A stretch of 64,000 bases of DNA from Candidatus Latescibacterota bacterium (GCA_965237675.1 OZ250150.1:1248001-1312000), one strand, 5' to 3'; positions 40,474 through 50,219 are shown, numbered from the stretch's first letter. Translations and numbers: made by a program. The notes: generated by a model not told the origin, from the sequence alone.

Positions 40474-40604
40474 TTTTCCACGTGTTTTCCACAGAGCGTG
40501 TTATAGCTGTGGAAAACACGTGGCTTGTTTCCGTTAAATAACACAAAAATAAGTAAATAATTATAAACACCTGCTTCCGTTCAGTTATTCTATGATGTGG
40601 ATTA
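40474..40604. promoter_or_regulatory. DnaA-box-like cluster in a 17-bp inverted repeat plus AT-rich tract
   Basis: CCACGTGTTTTCCACAG-12-CTGTGGAAAACACGTGG; TTTTCCACA on both strands; AT-rich 40534-40570; TGTGGATTA at 40596. Confidence 0.55.
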
Positions 40605-40772
40605 GTAACGGTTCCGAGTCCGCATCCGGCCCGGGCGCGCCGCCGCCGACCGGTGGTATGCCGCCGCTCGTTTCGTCGCCCTTATGCCTTGACAGACGCC
40701 GGCCCGCATGTTATTCTTCGCTCTCGGTTCCGCAAAACAACGCCATTTCTCAAGAGAAAGGCAACCCATCTC

Positions 40773-41624
40773 ATGCGATTGCTTACCTTCGAATACCAGG
40801 GAGCGCGGCGCGTGGGCGTCCGGTCGGGAGATACGATCGTGGATGTGAACCGCGTCGATGCCGATATTCCCCCGGATCTCGTAAGATTGCTCGAGGCGGG
40901 GCCGGCTGCGCTGGGTTCGGCGCGGGAGGCGGCAGAGCGCGGCGAAGGTATCGATGCCGATCTCGTCCGTGTCGTGGCCCCCATCCAGAACCCTCAGAAG
41001 ATCCTCTGCATCGGCCTCAACTACGCCGACCACGCGGCCGAAAGCAATATGCCCATTCCCTCCGAGCCGGTGGTGTTTTCCAAGTTCTCTTCCACCATTG
41101 TGGGTCCCGGCGATGCGATCCGCCTGCCGTCGGTTACCCGGTCTATCGACTATGAGGCTGAACTGGTGGTTGTCATCGGAACGTCCGGAAAAGACATTTC
41201 CGAATCCGACGCGTTTGGACACGTGGCGGGCTATACGGTTGGTCACGACGTGAGCGCGCGGGACTTCCAGCTTGAAAAACCCGGCGGACAATGGCTGCTG
41301 GGGAAGACCTTCGACACCTTCGCGCCGCTGGGACCGGATATTGTCACACCCGACGAGGTCGACGACCCGCACAACCTGGATATACGCTGTATCCTGAACG
41401 GCGAAACCGTACAGGACTCGAATACGCAACAGTTGATTTTCAAGATCGACCAACTGATCGCCTACCTGTCCCGGGTTATCACCCTTCAGCCAGGCGACCT
41501 GATTTTCACGGGTACGCCGCCGGGAGTCGGCATGGCCAGGCAGCCGCAACTCTGGCTGAAGGCGGGGGACACCGTTGTCTGTGAAGTCGACGGTATCGGC
41601 AGGCTCGAAAATCCGGTTGTCTAG
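40773..41624 (+). CDS. Fumarylacetoacetate hydrolase family protein
   Basis: KILCIGLNYADH, DYEAEL, HDVSARD, GKTFD, DLIFTGTP.GVG. Confidence 0.94.
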   Translation: MRLLTFEYQGARRVGVRSGDTIVDVNRVDADIPPDLVRLLEAGPAALGSAREAAERGEGIDADLVRVVAPIQNPQKILCIGLNYADHAAESNMPIPSEPVVFSKFSSTIVGPGDAIRLPSVTRSIDYEAELVVVIGTSGKDISESDAFGHVAGYTVGHDVSARDFQLEKPGGQWLLGKTFDTFAPLGPDIVTPDEVDDPHNLDIRCILNGETVQDSNTQQLIFKIDQLIAYLSRVITLQPGDLIFTGTPPGVGMARQPQLWLKAGDTVVCEVDGIGRLENPVV

Positions 41625-41752
41625 GGCTGACGGATTCCCGGTCAGAAAATCGGGGTCATTGCGGTGGACCCGAATATCCGGTGATATGGAATCAACCCGG
41701 ATCTCGTCGTCCCCTCGGTCCTGGACACTCGACCTCCCGATATACGGGCCCG

Positions 41753-41819
41753 TATTGAGTTTCGCAATAACACGTAAATACGTTATATTACGCCAAAAGC
41801 CTACACACACGAGTGTGTA
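41753..41819. promoter_or_regulatory. AT-rich leader with three palindromes upstream of the XRE-mutase gene
   Basis: TATTG-7-CAATA, CGTAA-10-TTACG, TACACAC-4-GTGTGTA. Confidence 0.45.
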
Positions 41820-41885
41820 TGGGTCCGGTCGCGGCGGCGCAATCGTACTCTGAAGCCCGCATGCCGCGCAACGGAGGTTTCGAGG

Positions 41886-43670
41886 ATGAATTTCGGCGAC
41901 ATGATAGCCAGCGCCCGCAGGGGCAGGTTCAGCCAGCAGGGGCTGGGCGAAAAGATCGGTGTCTGGGGCACTTATATTGGTCAGATCGAGAAGGGAAAGC
42001 GAATCCCTTCGGATGAGCGTTGTCTGGACCTGGCCGCAGTCCTCGATCTGGAACCCAGGGCCGTTCTGATACAGGCCTACAGACAGCGCGCTCATACTAA
42101 AGAGGCCAGGCGGCTTTTCGATCAGATCGCGGGGTTGCTTGCCGATCCGGCCGGGCAGGGAGAACTCGCCCCGGAACGGATCGGACGCGCAGGCGAGCCG
42201 CCCTTCACCCGCGGCGCTTATCCCTCGATGTACCGCGGACGCCTTTGGACCTTCCGCCAGTATGCGGGATTCTCCACGCCATCGGAGACAAACGCCCGGT
42301 TTCGCGCGCTGCTTGCCGGGGGCCAGACCGGCCTGAGCGTGGCCTTTGACCTGCCCACACAGATGGGCTATGACTCGGACCATCCGAATGCAGAGGGAGA
42401 AGTAGGCAGGGTGGGGGTGGCCGTTGACGGTCTGTGGGATCTGGAAGCCCTGTTCGACGGGATCCCGCTGGACCGCATCAGCACGTCGATGACAATCAAT
42501 GCGACGGCGTGTATTCTTTTTGCATTTTACGCGGGCCTCGGAAAGAAGCGCGGGATGGCTTCGTCGGTGCTTACCGGTACGGTTCAGAACGACGTTCTCA
42601 AGGAATATGTTTCACGTGGAACCTATGTCTTCCCCATCGCCGATTCGATGCGCATGGCCGTGGACCTGATGGGCTATTGTCTCCAAGAGGCCCCAAAGTG
42701 GAATCCCATCAGCGTCAGCGGCTACCACATGAGGGAAGCGGGCGCAACCGCCGCCCAGGAGCTAGGTTTCACGCTCGCCCACGCCCTGGCGTATGCCGAT
42801 GCCGCCAGCGAAGCCGGCCTCGCGCTGGAGGGGGTGCTTCCGAAATTCTCCTTCTTCTTTGGGGTCCACAACCACTTCCTGGAGGAGATCGCCAAGTTCC
42901 GTGCGGCCAGGCGCCTTTGGAGCCGCCTCGTCGCGGAACGCCTGGGCGTCGGGGATCCTTACTGCCGGCGCCTGAGGTTTCACGCTCAGACGGCCGGCTC
43001 CACCCTCACTGCCCAGCAGCCGCTGAACAACTGCGCGCGGACCACGTTTCAGGCGCTGGCCGCCGTTCTGGGCGGCGCCCAGTCCCTGCACGTCAACGCC
43101 TATGACGAAGCGCTTGGCCTGCCGTCGGACAGGGGAGCGCAACTGGCCGTTCGCACCCAGCAGATTCTGGCCTATGAAAGCGGCATCCCCGACACCGTAG
43201 ATCCGATGGGCGGATCCTTCGCGGTCGAAAAATTGACCGATGAACTGGAGGAGGAAGCCATGGCCGTCCTGGAGTCCGTCGACCGCGAAGGCGGGGCAAC
43301 ACAGGCAGCCGCAAACGGCTTCACAGCCGCCTGTATCGCGAACTCCGCATACGAGGCGCAGAAGAAGATTGAATCCGGCGAGACCGTTGTGGTGGGGGTG
43401 AACCGGTATCAGGGTGCCCCGGACCCGCCGGTTCCGGCGTTCCAGCCCCCGCCGGATACGGAGCGTACACAGAAGGCGGGCCTGGCGCGGGTCCGGCGGC
43501 TGCGAGATCCAGACGCGATGAATTCTGCGCTTGACAACGTCGCTCGGCGGGCGCGAGGCGAGGGGTCGATCACGGAATCGGTCGTGGAGGCGGGGTTGGC
43601 CGGCGCAACGGTGGGCGAGATATCGGACAGCCTGCGTTCTGTTTTTGGATCCTACAGACCCGGAGGATAA
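41886..43670 (+). CDS. Methylmalonyl-CoA mutase substrate-binding subunit with N-terminal XRE helix-turn-helix
   Basis: aa ~1-60 FGDMIASARR..SQQGLGEKIGV..TYIGQIEKGKRIPS (XRE); then PFTRG.YPSMYRGRLWTFRQYAGF, SVAFDLPTQMGYDSD, QNDVLKEY, SGYHMREAG; no DxHxxG B12 domain. Confidence 0.9.
   Translation: MNFGDMIASARRGRFSQQGLGEKIGVWGTYIGQIEKGKRIPSDERCLDLAAVLDLEPRAVLIQAYRQRAHTKEARRLFDQIAGLLADPAGQGELAPERIGRAGEPPFTRGAYPSMYRGRLWTFRQYAGFSTPSETNARFRALLAGGQTGLSVAFDLPTQMGYDSDHPNAEGEVGRVGVAVDGLWDLEALFDGIPLDRISTSMTINATACILFAFYAGLGKKRGMASSVLTGTVQNDVLKEYVSRGTYVFPIADSMRMAVDLMGYCLQEAPKWNPISVSGYHMREAGATAAQELGFTLAHALAYADAASEAGLALEGVLPKFSFFFGVHNHFLEEIAKFRAARRLWSRLVAERLGVGDPYCRRLRFHAQTAGSTLTAQQPLNNCARTTFQALAAVLGGAQSLHVNAYDEALGLPSDRGAQLAVRTQQILAYESGIPDTVDPMGGSFAVEKLTDELEEEAMAVLESVDREGGATQAAANGFTAACIANSAYEAQKKIESGETVVVGVNRYQGAPDPPVPAFQPPPDTERTQKAGLARVRRLRDPDAMNSALDNVARRARGEGSITESVVEAGLAGATVGEISDSLRSVFGSYRPGG
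42608..42623. promoter_or_regulatory. parS-like site inside the mutase gene
   Basis: TGTTTCACGTGGAACC, one mismatch to the 44773 site. Confidence 0.5.
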
Positions 43671-43672
43671 CC

Positions 43673-44071
43673 GTGGACGGATGCGTGGATCACGTGGGCA
43701 TTGCGGTGGAGGGGATCGACCAGGCCATGGCTGCCTATTCCATGCTTGGGTTCCAAAAAATGGAAGACGAGGCGGTGGAGGCGGAAGGTATCCGGGCCGT
43801 TTTTCTCGGGGGCGGAGGCCGGACCCGGATCGAACTGCTCGAACCGTTGGACGACAGGAGTACCGTGGCGCGATTCCTTTCGAGACGGGGCCAGGGTCTC
43901 CACCACATCGCGATCATCGTAAAGGACATCGAAGCGGCCGTGTCAACCTGTAAAGACGAGGGGTTCGCGATCTCCGGGGATATCCGGATCGGAGCGCTCG
44001 GCAGACGGGTGGCGTTCGTGCATCCCAAAAGCGCATCGGGCGTCCTGATCGAACTCGTTCAGGCCGCGTGA
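43673..44071 (+). CDS. mce: Methylmalonyl-CoA epimerase (VOC family)
   Basis: DHVGIAV, IELLEP, GLHHIA, FVHPKSASGVLIEL; directly after the mutase. Confidence 0.92.
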   Translation: MDGCVDHVGIAVEGIDQAMAAYSMLGFQKMEDEAVEAEGIRAVFLGGGGRTRIELLEPLDDRSTVARFLSRRGQGLHHIAIIVKDIEAAVSTCKDEGFAISGDIRIGALGRRVAFVHPKSASGVLIELVQAA

Positions 44072-44716
44072 TCAGCAGTACCCAGCCGATACCCTGACAA
44101 GGATCGTATTCCTGCCGTGAGCCTCGGGCGCCATTGATTCTACGGACAAGACGGGGCCGTGGGGCCCGAATTCCCCTGCTTCCAGGAGGGCGCCGGGGCC
44201 CTTCATTGCGAACAACTCGCCATCTTTTTTGAGGAATCCCGACGACAGTCGCCAGAGCACCGGCAGGGACCCTACGGCGCGCGCAGTTACAATATCGTAC
44301 CGCTCCCGGTGTTCCTCACGCTTGCAGGCGTCCTCCGCCCGTTCGGTTGAAACCGATAGCCCGGTCAGTCCAAGTTCCCCCACCAGGTGGTTCAGGAAAA
44401 GTCCCTTCATTCGAGCCGACTCCACAAGCACAACATTCACTTCCGGGCGGGCTATCTTGACCGGCACCCCCGGAAAACCCCCACCCGATCCCAGGTCCAG
44501 CAACGAGATCGGCCCCGCGGGCAGAAAGGGCGTCACTCTCAAACAGTCGATAAAGTGGCGATCTCTAATCCTGTCCCGATCCCCCCTGGAAACCAGTCGC
44601 ACCCTTTCGGACCACGACCTGAGCAGCGCTTCATAGCGGAAGAACTGCGCGGCCTGTACTTCCGACAGGTCAACCGACAACGTCTTCGCGGCTGCAAGAA
44701 ATTCCTGATCGGTCAC
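44072..44716 (-). CDS. rsmG: 16S rRNA m7G527 methyltransferase
   Basis: HFIDCL, LDLGSGGGFPG, RAED, YDIVTARAV, AMKG. Confidence 0.94.
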   Translation of the reverse strand: MTDQEFLAAAKTLSVDLSEVQAAQFFRYEALLRSWSERVRLVSRGDRDRIRDRHFIDCLRVTPFLPAGPISLLDLGSGGGFPGVPVKIARPEVNVVLVESARMKGLFLNHLVGELGLTGLSVSTERAEDACKREEHRERYDIVTARAVGSLPVLWRLSSGFLKKDGELFAMKGPGALLEAGEFGPHGPVLSVESMAPEAHGRNTILVRVSAGYC

Positions 44717-44772
44717 CGATCCTCCACAGGCGCCCGGAAAACCGACGCTTCGATTCCACGGACAGCATCCGA

Positions 44773-44788
44773 TGTTTCACGTGGAACA
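44773..44788. promoter_or_regulatory. parS centromere-like site
   Basis: TGTTTCACGTGGAACA matches the parS consensus; origin-proximal. Confidence 0.85.
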
Positions 44789-45247
44789 TGAGCCGTCAGC
44801 GGTCAGTTTGAAGCAAAAGGCGAAAGGCAAATTCAACATCCACTTCTCCCCAAATTTCCTGCCTCCGGCGGGTTCCTTAAAAACCGGGAGAAGTAAGACG
44901 GGAGAAGTGAGACGACCGCTCCGCAAACCACCGCTTTCGTGCCATCCTTCGCGATACACTTCTGCTTTCCAGTTAGCGAGACTCCGGCTACGTAGGTGTC
45001 ATATGACAAAGTTACCAACCCGTCTCCCTTCTTGCCTCTTTCTTCTTTCCGCTTTTAAAGGTCCCCGCTAGGCGCGGAGCCTCCCATATGCACAGCGCGA
45101 ATTTGCTCACGGGATGCACCGGATCTGCTGCCCTACCAGCCACAGTGGATATCCGTGTTCGGTGCGGGACGGAACCCGGCGCTCTGCTCTGGAAATACTC
45201 TCAAATGGCATCGCGTCAGATACCGGCGTGGTTGCCCTGTGAGCGAG

Positions 45248-46143
45248 GAGCCAATAGCAGTCAGCAGTCAGCTTAAACCGGTTTGCGATACGGCCCAGCG
45301 TTACCATTTACCGTTGTCAACGCAAATATGTGGGCAACTTTGAAAGTTGCCCCTACAAATGCAAAAACGGCGCAAAGCATATAGCGATAGGCGGTTCAAC
45401 CGCAAATCCTCACGGCGGCCCTTCGGGGTCTTCCTCTCGACCGTCCGGCGGTGGCGAAGGGTCTTTTCCGCGCTATTCCGTCCTCCGCCTTCGCATGGGG
45501 AGTGCCGAAAACTTGGCAGGGCACAATCCCTGGTTTCCGTTGTAAGAGTAGTTCGCGGAAAAGCAGCCCCGCGGCGTTTGAGCGGCGCCGTTCTTTTTGG
45601 TCCTTTTTCTTTGGCGAGAAAGAAAAAGGACAAAGAAAAAAGAATAACAGGATAAAGACAGAAAGAAATGACCTCGCGCGCCCGTACCACAACCCATCCT
45701 TCGGGTACAGCTGTTAGCGGTCAGCCGTCAGCTTACACCGGATAACGATGCGGACTGGCGATATTAATTCACGGATATCTGCGCCCGTATGCGGGCAACC
45801 ACAAGGGTTGCCCCTACAAATGCAGCGACCGCGCGGCGTAAAGCAGCGGTCAGCAGCCAGCGAGAAACCAACAACATAAAACCGGCGAGAATCCTTTGCG
45901 ATATTGCTAAACGATTGGGCGAACGGGACGTCCGCGTTTCAAATTGTCGCAAAATGCAACACCGGTCGCGCGGAGGGTTTTTCCGTGTTGATCCGTACAG
46001 CACCGCGGCTTGGTGTATCCTTCTCCGCACGTAGGACAAAGGCGCTTGTAGTCATCCGTCCTGCGATTCGCCGAAAAACCGGCCTCGCGCCGAGCGGCGC
46101 GGTTCTTTTTGGTCCTTTTTCTTGCGCGAACAAGAAAAAGGAC
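45248..46143. repeat. Two diverged composite repeat units in tandem
   Basis: Each unit: TCAGC heptamers, ACCGG block, REP, then GAGCGGCGC.GTTCTTTTTGGTCCTTTTTCTT..AAGAAAAAGGAC (45580-45631; 46092-46143). Confidence 0.75.
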
Positions 46144-46396
46144 GAAGAAAAATTAAAAGGCGAAGGGAGCGGAAATGCCTATATATGCCCGGAACGCGGT
46201 TCCAGGCACCGATTGTCCGCCAACAGGCGGACTGTTTAGACCTATTGAATAAACCACCAGCGGACCACCCCAAAGAGTGTTACCTATGTACGCGGTCTGT
46301 ACAGGCGTACAGGAAAATGAGCGAAAAAATCATATATAAACCGATTTAACGTGCCCGTGCGTCCTTCTTCCTTCTCCCCTCTACCGCCTCCCGCCT

Positions 46397-47752
46397 CTAT
46401 TTTCCGATACAGAAGGTACTGAAAATCCGGTCCAGGATCTCCTCCGACGTGGTCTCGCCTACGATCTCAGCCAGCGCGTCGGTCGCCTCCCGCAAATCCA
46501 CCGCCACCACTTCCCCGGGAAGTCCTTCGTCCAGCGCCGCAGTCGCCCGGCCAAGCGCGTCTCCCGCCCGCCTCAACGCCTCCACGTGACGCCCGCGCGT
46601 CACCACGCCGGGTTCGGGATCGGAGATCGACATGACCCGCCCGTGTATCCGTTTCCTGAGACGGTCGAGGCCATCCCCCGTGAGGGCGGAGATGGAGAGC
46701 CCTGGAAACCCCTGATCGCCGCGCCAATCGGAATGAAGGCCAAGATCCTTCTTATTCATCACCAGAAGCACGTTTTCACGATCCACACCCTCGACCATGT
46801 CATCCAACCCCGCGGTAGCCGAGACGGACGCATCGACGACAAAAAGCACAAGCATGGACCGTGTCATCGCTTCCCGTGACCTTCTGGCGCTCTCGCGCTC
46901 AATGGGGTCGCGCGGCTCCGAAATACCGGCCGTATCGATCAGTGTGACGCGAATACCGTCCAGGGTAATGGACTCTTCAATCGTATCCCGCGTGGTTCCG
47001 GACACCGGCGACACAATCGCCCGATCCTCTTCCAGCAGCCGGTTGAGCAGGCTGGATTTACCCGCGTTCGGGGGGCCCGCCAGCGCAACGAGGGCGCCCT
47101 CGCGTATGACTTTACCATGCCGATAGGAGGCAATCAGGCGCTCGATTTCTTCCGCCGCCCGGCTGAGCGACGGACGTATCGCGTCCTCGTCGACGCCCGC
47201 ATCTTCGTAAAAATCCAATCCTGCCTCAAGCAACGTCAGCGAATCACGCAGGGCTTCCGCCAGAACCTCGAACCTGGCCTTCAATCCACCGCGCAACTGG
47301 AAATACGCGGACCGCAGGCCCCGGTCCGCGCGGGCGGCGATCAAATCCCCAATCGCCTCGGCTTGGGTCAGATCGATTCGTCCGTTGAGAAATGCCCGCC
47401 GGGTAAACTCACCGGGCTCGGCCGGTCGGGCGCCCGCCGTCACCAGGGCCTCCATCGCCCGTTGTAGAAGGAGAGGGCCTCCGTGGCAGTTGAATTCGAC
47501 CGTATCTTCGCCCGTAAACGACCGGGACGCCCGCATCACGGAAACCAGAACCTCGTCCAGGTCCCGGTCTCCGACAACAAATCTCCCGTACGTCAGGCGA
47601 CGGTCCTCAAGGCGGTTCAATTCGCGTGAACCACAAAAAAAACCGGAGGCAATTCCAACCGCCACCGGACCCGTTAGCCGCACGATGCCTATCGCTGCGT
47701 CGCCGGTTCCGGTGGCGATTGCGACAATGGTATCGCGATCCGAAGGTCGCAT
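46397..47752 (-). CDS. mnmE: tRNA modification GTPase
   Basis: DTIVAIAT, SFTGED, GEFTRRAFLNG, GPPNAGKSS, GTTRD, DTAG, FCIGK. Confidence 0.97.
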   Translation of the reverse strand: MRPSDRDTIVAIATGTGDAAIGIVRLTGPVAVGIASGFFCGSRELNRLEDRRLTYGRFVVGDRDLDEVLVSVMRASRSFTGEDTVEFNCHGGPLLLQRAMEALVTAGARPAEPGEFTRRAFLNGRIDLTQAEAIGDLIAARADRGLRSAYFQLRGGLKARFEVLAEALRDSLTLLEAGLDFYEDAGVDEDAIRPSLSRAAEEIERLIASYRHGKVIREGALVALAGPPNAGKSSLLNRLLEEDRAIVSPVSGTTRDTIEESITLDGIRVTLIDTAGISEPRDPIERESARRSREAMTRSMLVLFVVDASVSATAGLDDMVEGVDRENVLLVMNKKDLGLHSDWRGDQGFPGLSISALTGDGLDRLRKRIHGRVMSISDPEPGVVTRGRHVEALRRAGDALGRATAALDEGLPGEVVAVDLREATDALAEIVGETTSEEILDRIFSTFCIGK

Positions 47753-47764
47753 TGTGACAAACCC

Positions 47765-49447
47765 TCAGTGGCTGCCGAGCACGCGTTTCACTCGTTCCAT
47801 AACTTGCTGCTGCAAAATGGTGAGTACGTTGAACATGGTCCAGTAGAGCACCAGACCGGAGGACATGCTCCAGAAAATCCAGGTCATGAAAACCGGCATC
47901 ATGTAGACCATGACCGCCTGCTTGGGATCCTTCATGGTCATTTTTGATTGCACAAATGTAGACACGGCCATCAACAGAGGCAGAAGGTGGATTTCAATAC
48001 CACCAAAGAACAACCGGTCCGGCTGTGACAAGTCCGTTATCCAGAGCAGAAACTCGGACTGTCGCAGTTCGATCGCGCCCCGGAACACATTGAACAAGGA
48101 AAAGAGGATGGGCATCTGGATGACCATCGGCAGGCAGCCCCCGAGAGGACTCACGCCCTCCTCCTTGTAAAGCTTCATCATCTCCGTGCTGACCTTCTGT
48201 TTATCGTCCGGGTATTTTTCTTTCATCGCCGCAATCTTGGGCTGGAGTTGCTGCATCTTGGCTGCCGCTTCGAGACTCTTGTGCGTTAGCGGAAACACCA
48301 CGATTTTGATAAACACGGAAAAGACGATAATGACCAGACCAAAGTTCGGGATCAGTTGGTGCAGCGAAAGAAAGGCTCTGAGATTCAGAATAGTGATGGG
48401 TTTAATGATGGGTCGGAAGAGGGCGAAGCCATACTCCATGAACTCGTCCATCTCCAGTTCACGATAATTGCCCGCCAGGTCCTGATTCTGCTGCCTGAGC
48501 CGATGGTAGGAGATCGGACCGAAGTAAATGCCGTACCGCTGTCCCGGATCGGCGCCTTTCGCCAGGATTTCGACATCGTACCATTCGGCGACATCGCGCA
48601 TAGCGCCGCTCAGATTCATGCTATAACTGCCATCCGGCGGGATGAGGGCAACCAGAAAGTACTTGTTCTTAATCCCGACCCATGAGATCCGGCCGCCGGG
48701 AGGGGGATCGCCGTCCGGTCCCAGATCCGCCACATTCCAGGTTTCGAGCTCGCCGCCCGCGCGTGTGACAACCGCCATATAGGCCGCGTTCTCTTCAGGG
48801 CTGTTCTCGGTGTCGGCCAGGCTGCAGGACCATCCGACGCCCAACTTCTCTTCAGGCTGCAGTCCGGACACGAACAGCGCCATGTCCAGCCGATACCGAT
48901 TGCCCTGAAAGCGAAGCCGCTTTTCAATCGCTCGCGCACCCAGTTGCGCCCTGAAGATCAATTCGGCCTGCTCGCCCCCGAACAGCGTGAGCACCGGAGT
49001 GTCCGTAGCGAATTCCTGGTCGTCCAGTGATTCACCGGCTAACGATAGACCCAGCGCGGTGCTCCCGGGCGCCATCAAATCGAGTTGGCCGCCATGCGGG
49101 TCTTCATAAGCCTTCAGCCGAAGACGGGTTAACACCCCGCCCCGGGTGCTGAACGTGGCAACAAAGAGGTCGGTTTCGACAATGATGTCCTGCGGTGTAA
49201 ATTCCCCTGGCGCAGACCGGCGAATCCGTGGATCGTTCGAAACGCGGGGCGACGTCTCCGGCTGGATACTGCGCTGACTGTTGGGTTGTTCCGGCGGCGG
49301 CGCCGGCCGTGTCCGGAGGGTTTCGTCCCGTACCGGATCCGATGGAAGGATCGGGGTTGTTTCCCCCGTTATCCATTCCATATAGTGGGGATAAAGGATG
49401 ATGATCAGGCCGATTACAATAAAGGCAAGGATTGTACGTTTATCCAT
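47765..49447 (-). CDS. yidC: Membrane protein insertase
   Basis: MDKRTILAF, YFGP, NFGLVII, LQPKI, PLGGCLP, GLVLYW. Confidence 0.96.
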   Translation of the reverse strand: MDKRTILAFIVIGLIIILYPHYMEWITGETTPILPSDPVRDETLRTRPAPPPEQPNSQRSIQPETSPRVSNDPRIRRSAPGEFTPQDIIVETDLFVATFSTRGGVLTRLRLKAYEDPHGGQLDLMAPGSTALGLSLAGESLDDQEFATDTPVLTLFGGEQAELIFRAQLGARAIEKRLRFQGNRYRLDMALFVSGLQPEEKLGVGWSCSLADTENSPEENAAYMAVVTRAGGELETWNVADLGPDGDPPPGGRISWVGIKNKYFLVALIPPDGSYSMNLSGAMRDVAEWYDVEILAKGADPGQRYGIYFGPISYHRLRQQNQDLAGNYRELEMDEFMEYGFALFRPIIKPITILNLRAFLSLHQLIPNFGLVIIVFSVFIKIVVFPLTHKSLEAAAKMQQLQPKIAAMKEKYPDDKQKVSTEMMKLYKEEGVSPLGGCLPMVIQMPILFSLFNVFRGAIELRQSEFLLWITDLSQPDRLFFGGIEIHLLPLLMAVSTFVQSKMTMKDPKQAVMVYMMPVFMTWIFWSMSSGLVLYWTMFNVLTILQQQVMERVKRVLGSH

Positions 49448-49592
49448 TCGTCAGACCTGTATTGTGTATCTGCAATTTTAAGACAGGAACAGGACGGGTT
49501 CCGGGTCGTATGCAGAACAACGAATCCCGCGAACAAATAGGTGGGCGCGATGAGGAGGGCGACACACATCCGAAGACAAAGCGGAGGACGAT

Positions 49593-49952
49593 TCAACGAG
49601 GAAGCAACCCCAACGGCATGACCGAGCCGCGGAGAAGACCCAGATTTCCAAACGCGAAAATCAGATCTGTACGGAGATCCCGGAACCCTGCGGAGGCCGA
49701 CCCGTCGCCGACGGAAACGATCACCATATGACCCATGACGCGGTGAGGGGCCACTTCTCTACAAATAGCACGAATTCGCCGGCGCGCGCGATTTCGCGCA
49801 ACAGCCTTACCGAACCGCTTCCGCACGGAAATAAAGATACGATCTTCTGCGGATTTACTCACACGTACGTGCAGCCAGCGGCCTCTGAACAGCGATCCTG
49901 TCAGGCGAAGATTCTGAATCTGCTTGCGCAGCCCGGCTGTCGGCCTGCCCAT
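49593..49952 (-). CDS. rnpA: Ribonuclease P protein component
   Basis: ISVRKRFGKAVARNRARRRIR; position between rpmH and yidC. Confidence 0.9.
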   Translation of the reverse strand: MGRPTAGLRKQIQNLRLTGSLFRGRWLHVRVSKSAEDRIFISVRKRFGKAVARNRARRRIRAICREVAPHRVMGHMVIVSVGDGSASAGFRDLRTDLIFAFGNLGLLRGSVMPLGLLPR

Positions 49953-49953
49953 T

Positions 49954-50088
49954 CTAGAGCGAGACCCGGCCGCGTCCTTTGCGACGGCGCCTTGAGAAGA
50001 TTTTCCGTCCTCCAGGAGTGCGCATGCGGTGGCGAAAGCCGTGTTTGTTTTTGCGTTTCCGGTTGCTGGGCTGGAAAGTCCGTTTCAT
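49954..50088 (-). CDS. rpmH: 50S ribosomal protein L34 (below the ORF-track cutoff)
   Basis: [44 protein letters not shown]. Confidence 0.97.
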   Translation of the reverse strand: MKRTFQPSNRKRKNKHGFRHRMRTPGGRKIFSRRRRKGRGRVSL

Positions 50089-50154
50089 TCCAATGTCCGT
50101 GCGTTACGCAAAGAACAGCTGCTGTTGTATCTAAATGAATTGTAGGAAGTTAGG

Positions 50155-50183
50155 AATATAGAGGGGGAAGTAATCTTTGTCAA
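50155..50183 (-). promoter_or_regulatory. rpmH promoter
   Basis: Minus strand TTGACA-17-TATATT. Confidence 0.7.
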
Positions 50184-50219
50184 GGGATTTCGTCGGTATC
50201 TATACTATCCGGAAATATA

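Noticed and set aside
45060-45260. Cobalamin riboswitch or mnmG remnant near the mutase/rsmG
   Set aside because: No B12-box arrangement on the plus strand and no MnmG motifs in the minus-strand frames I translated
45248-46143. CRISPR array
   Set aside because: Only two or three units, spacing of hundreds of bp, and no cas genes
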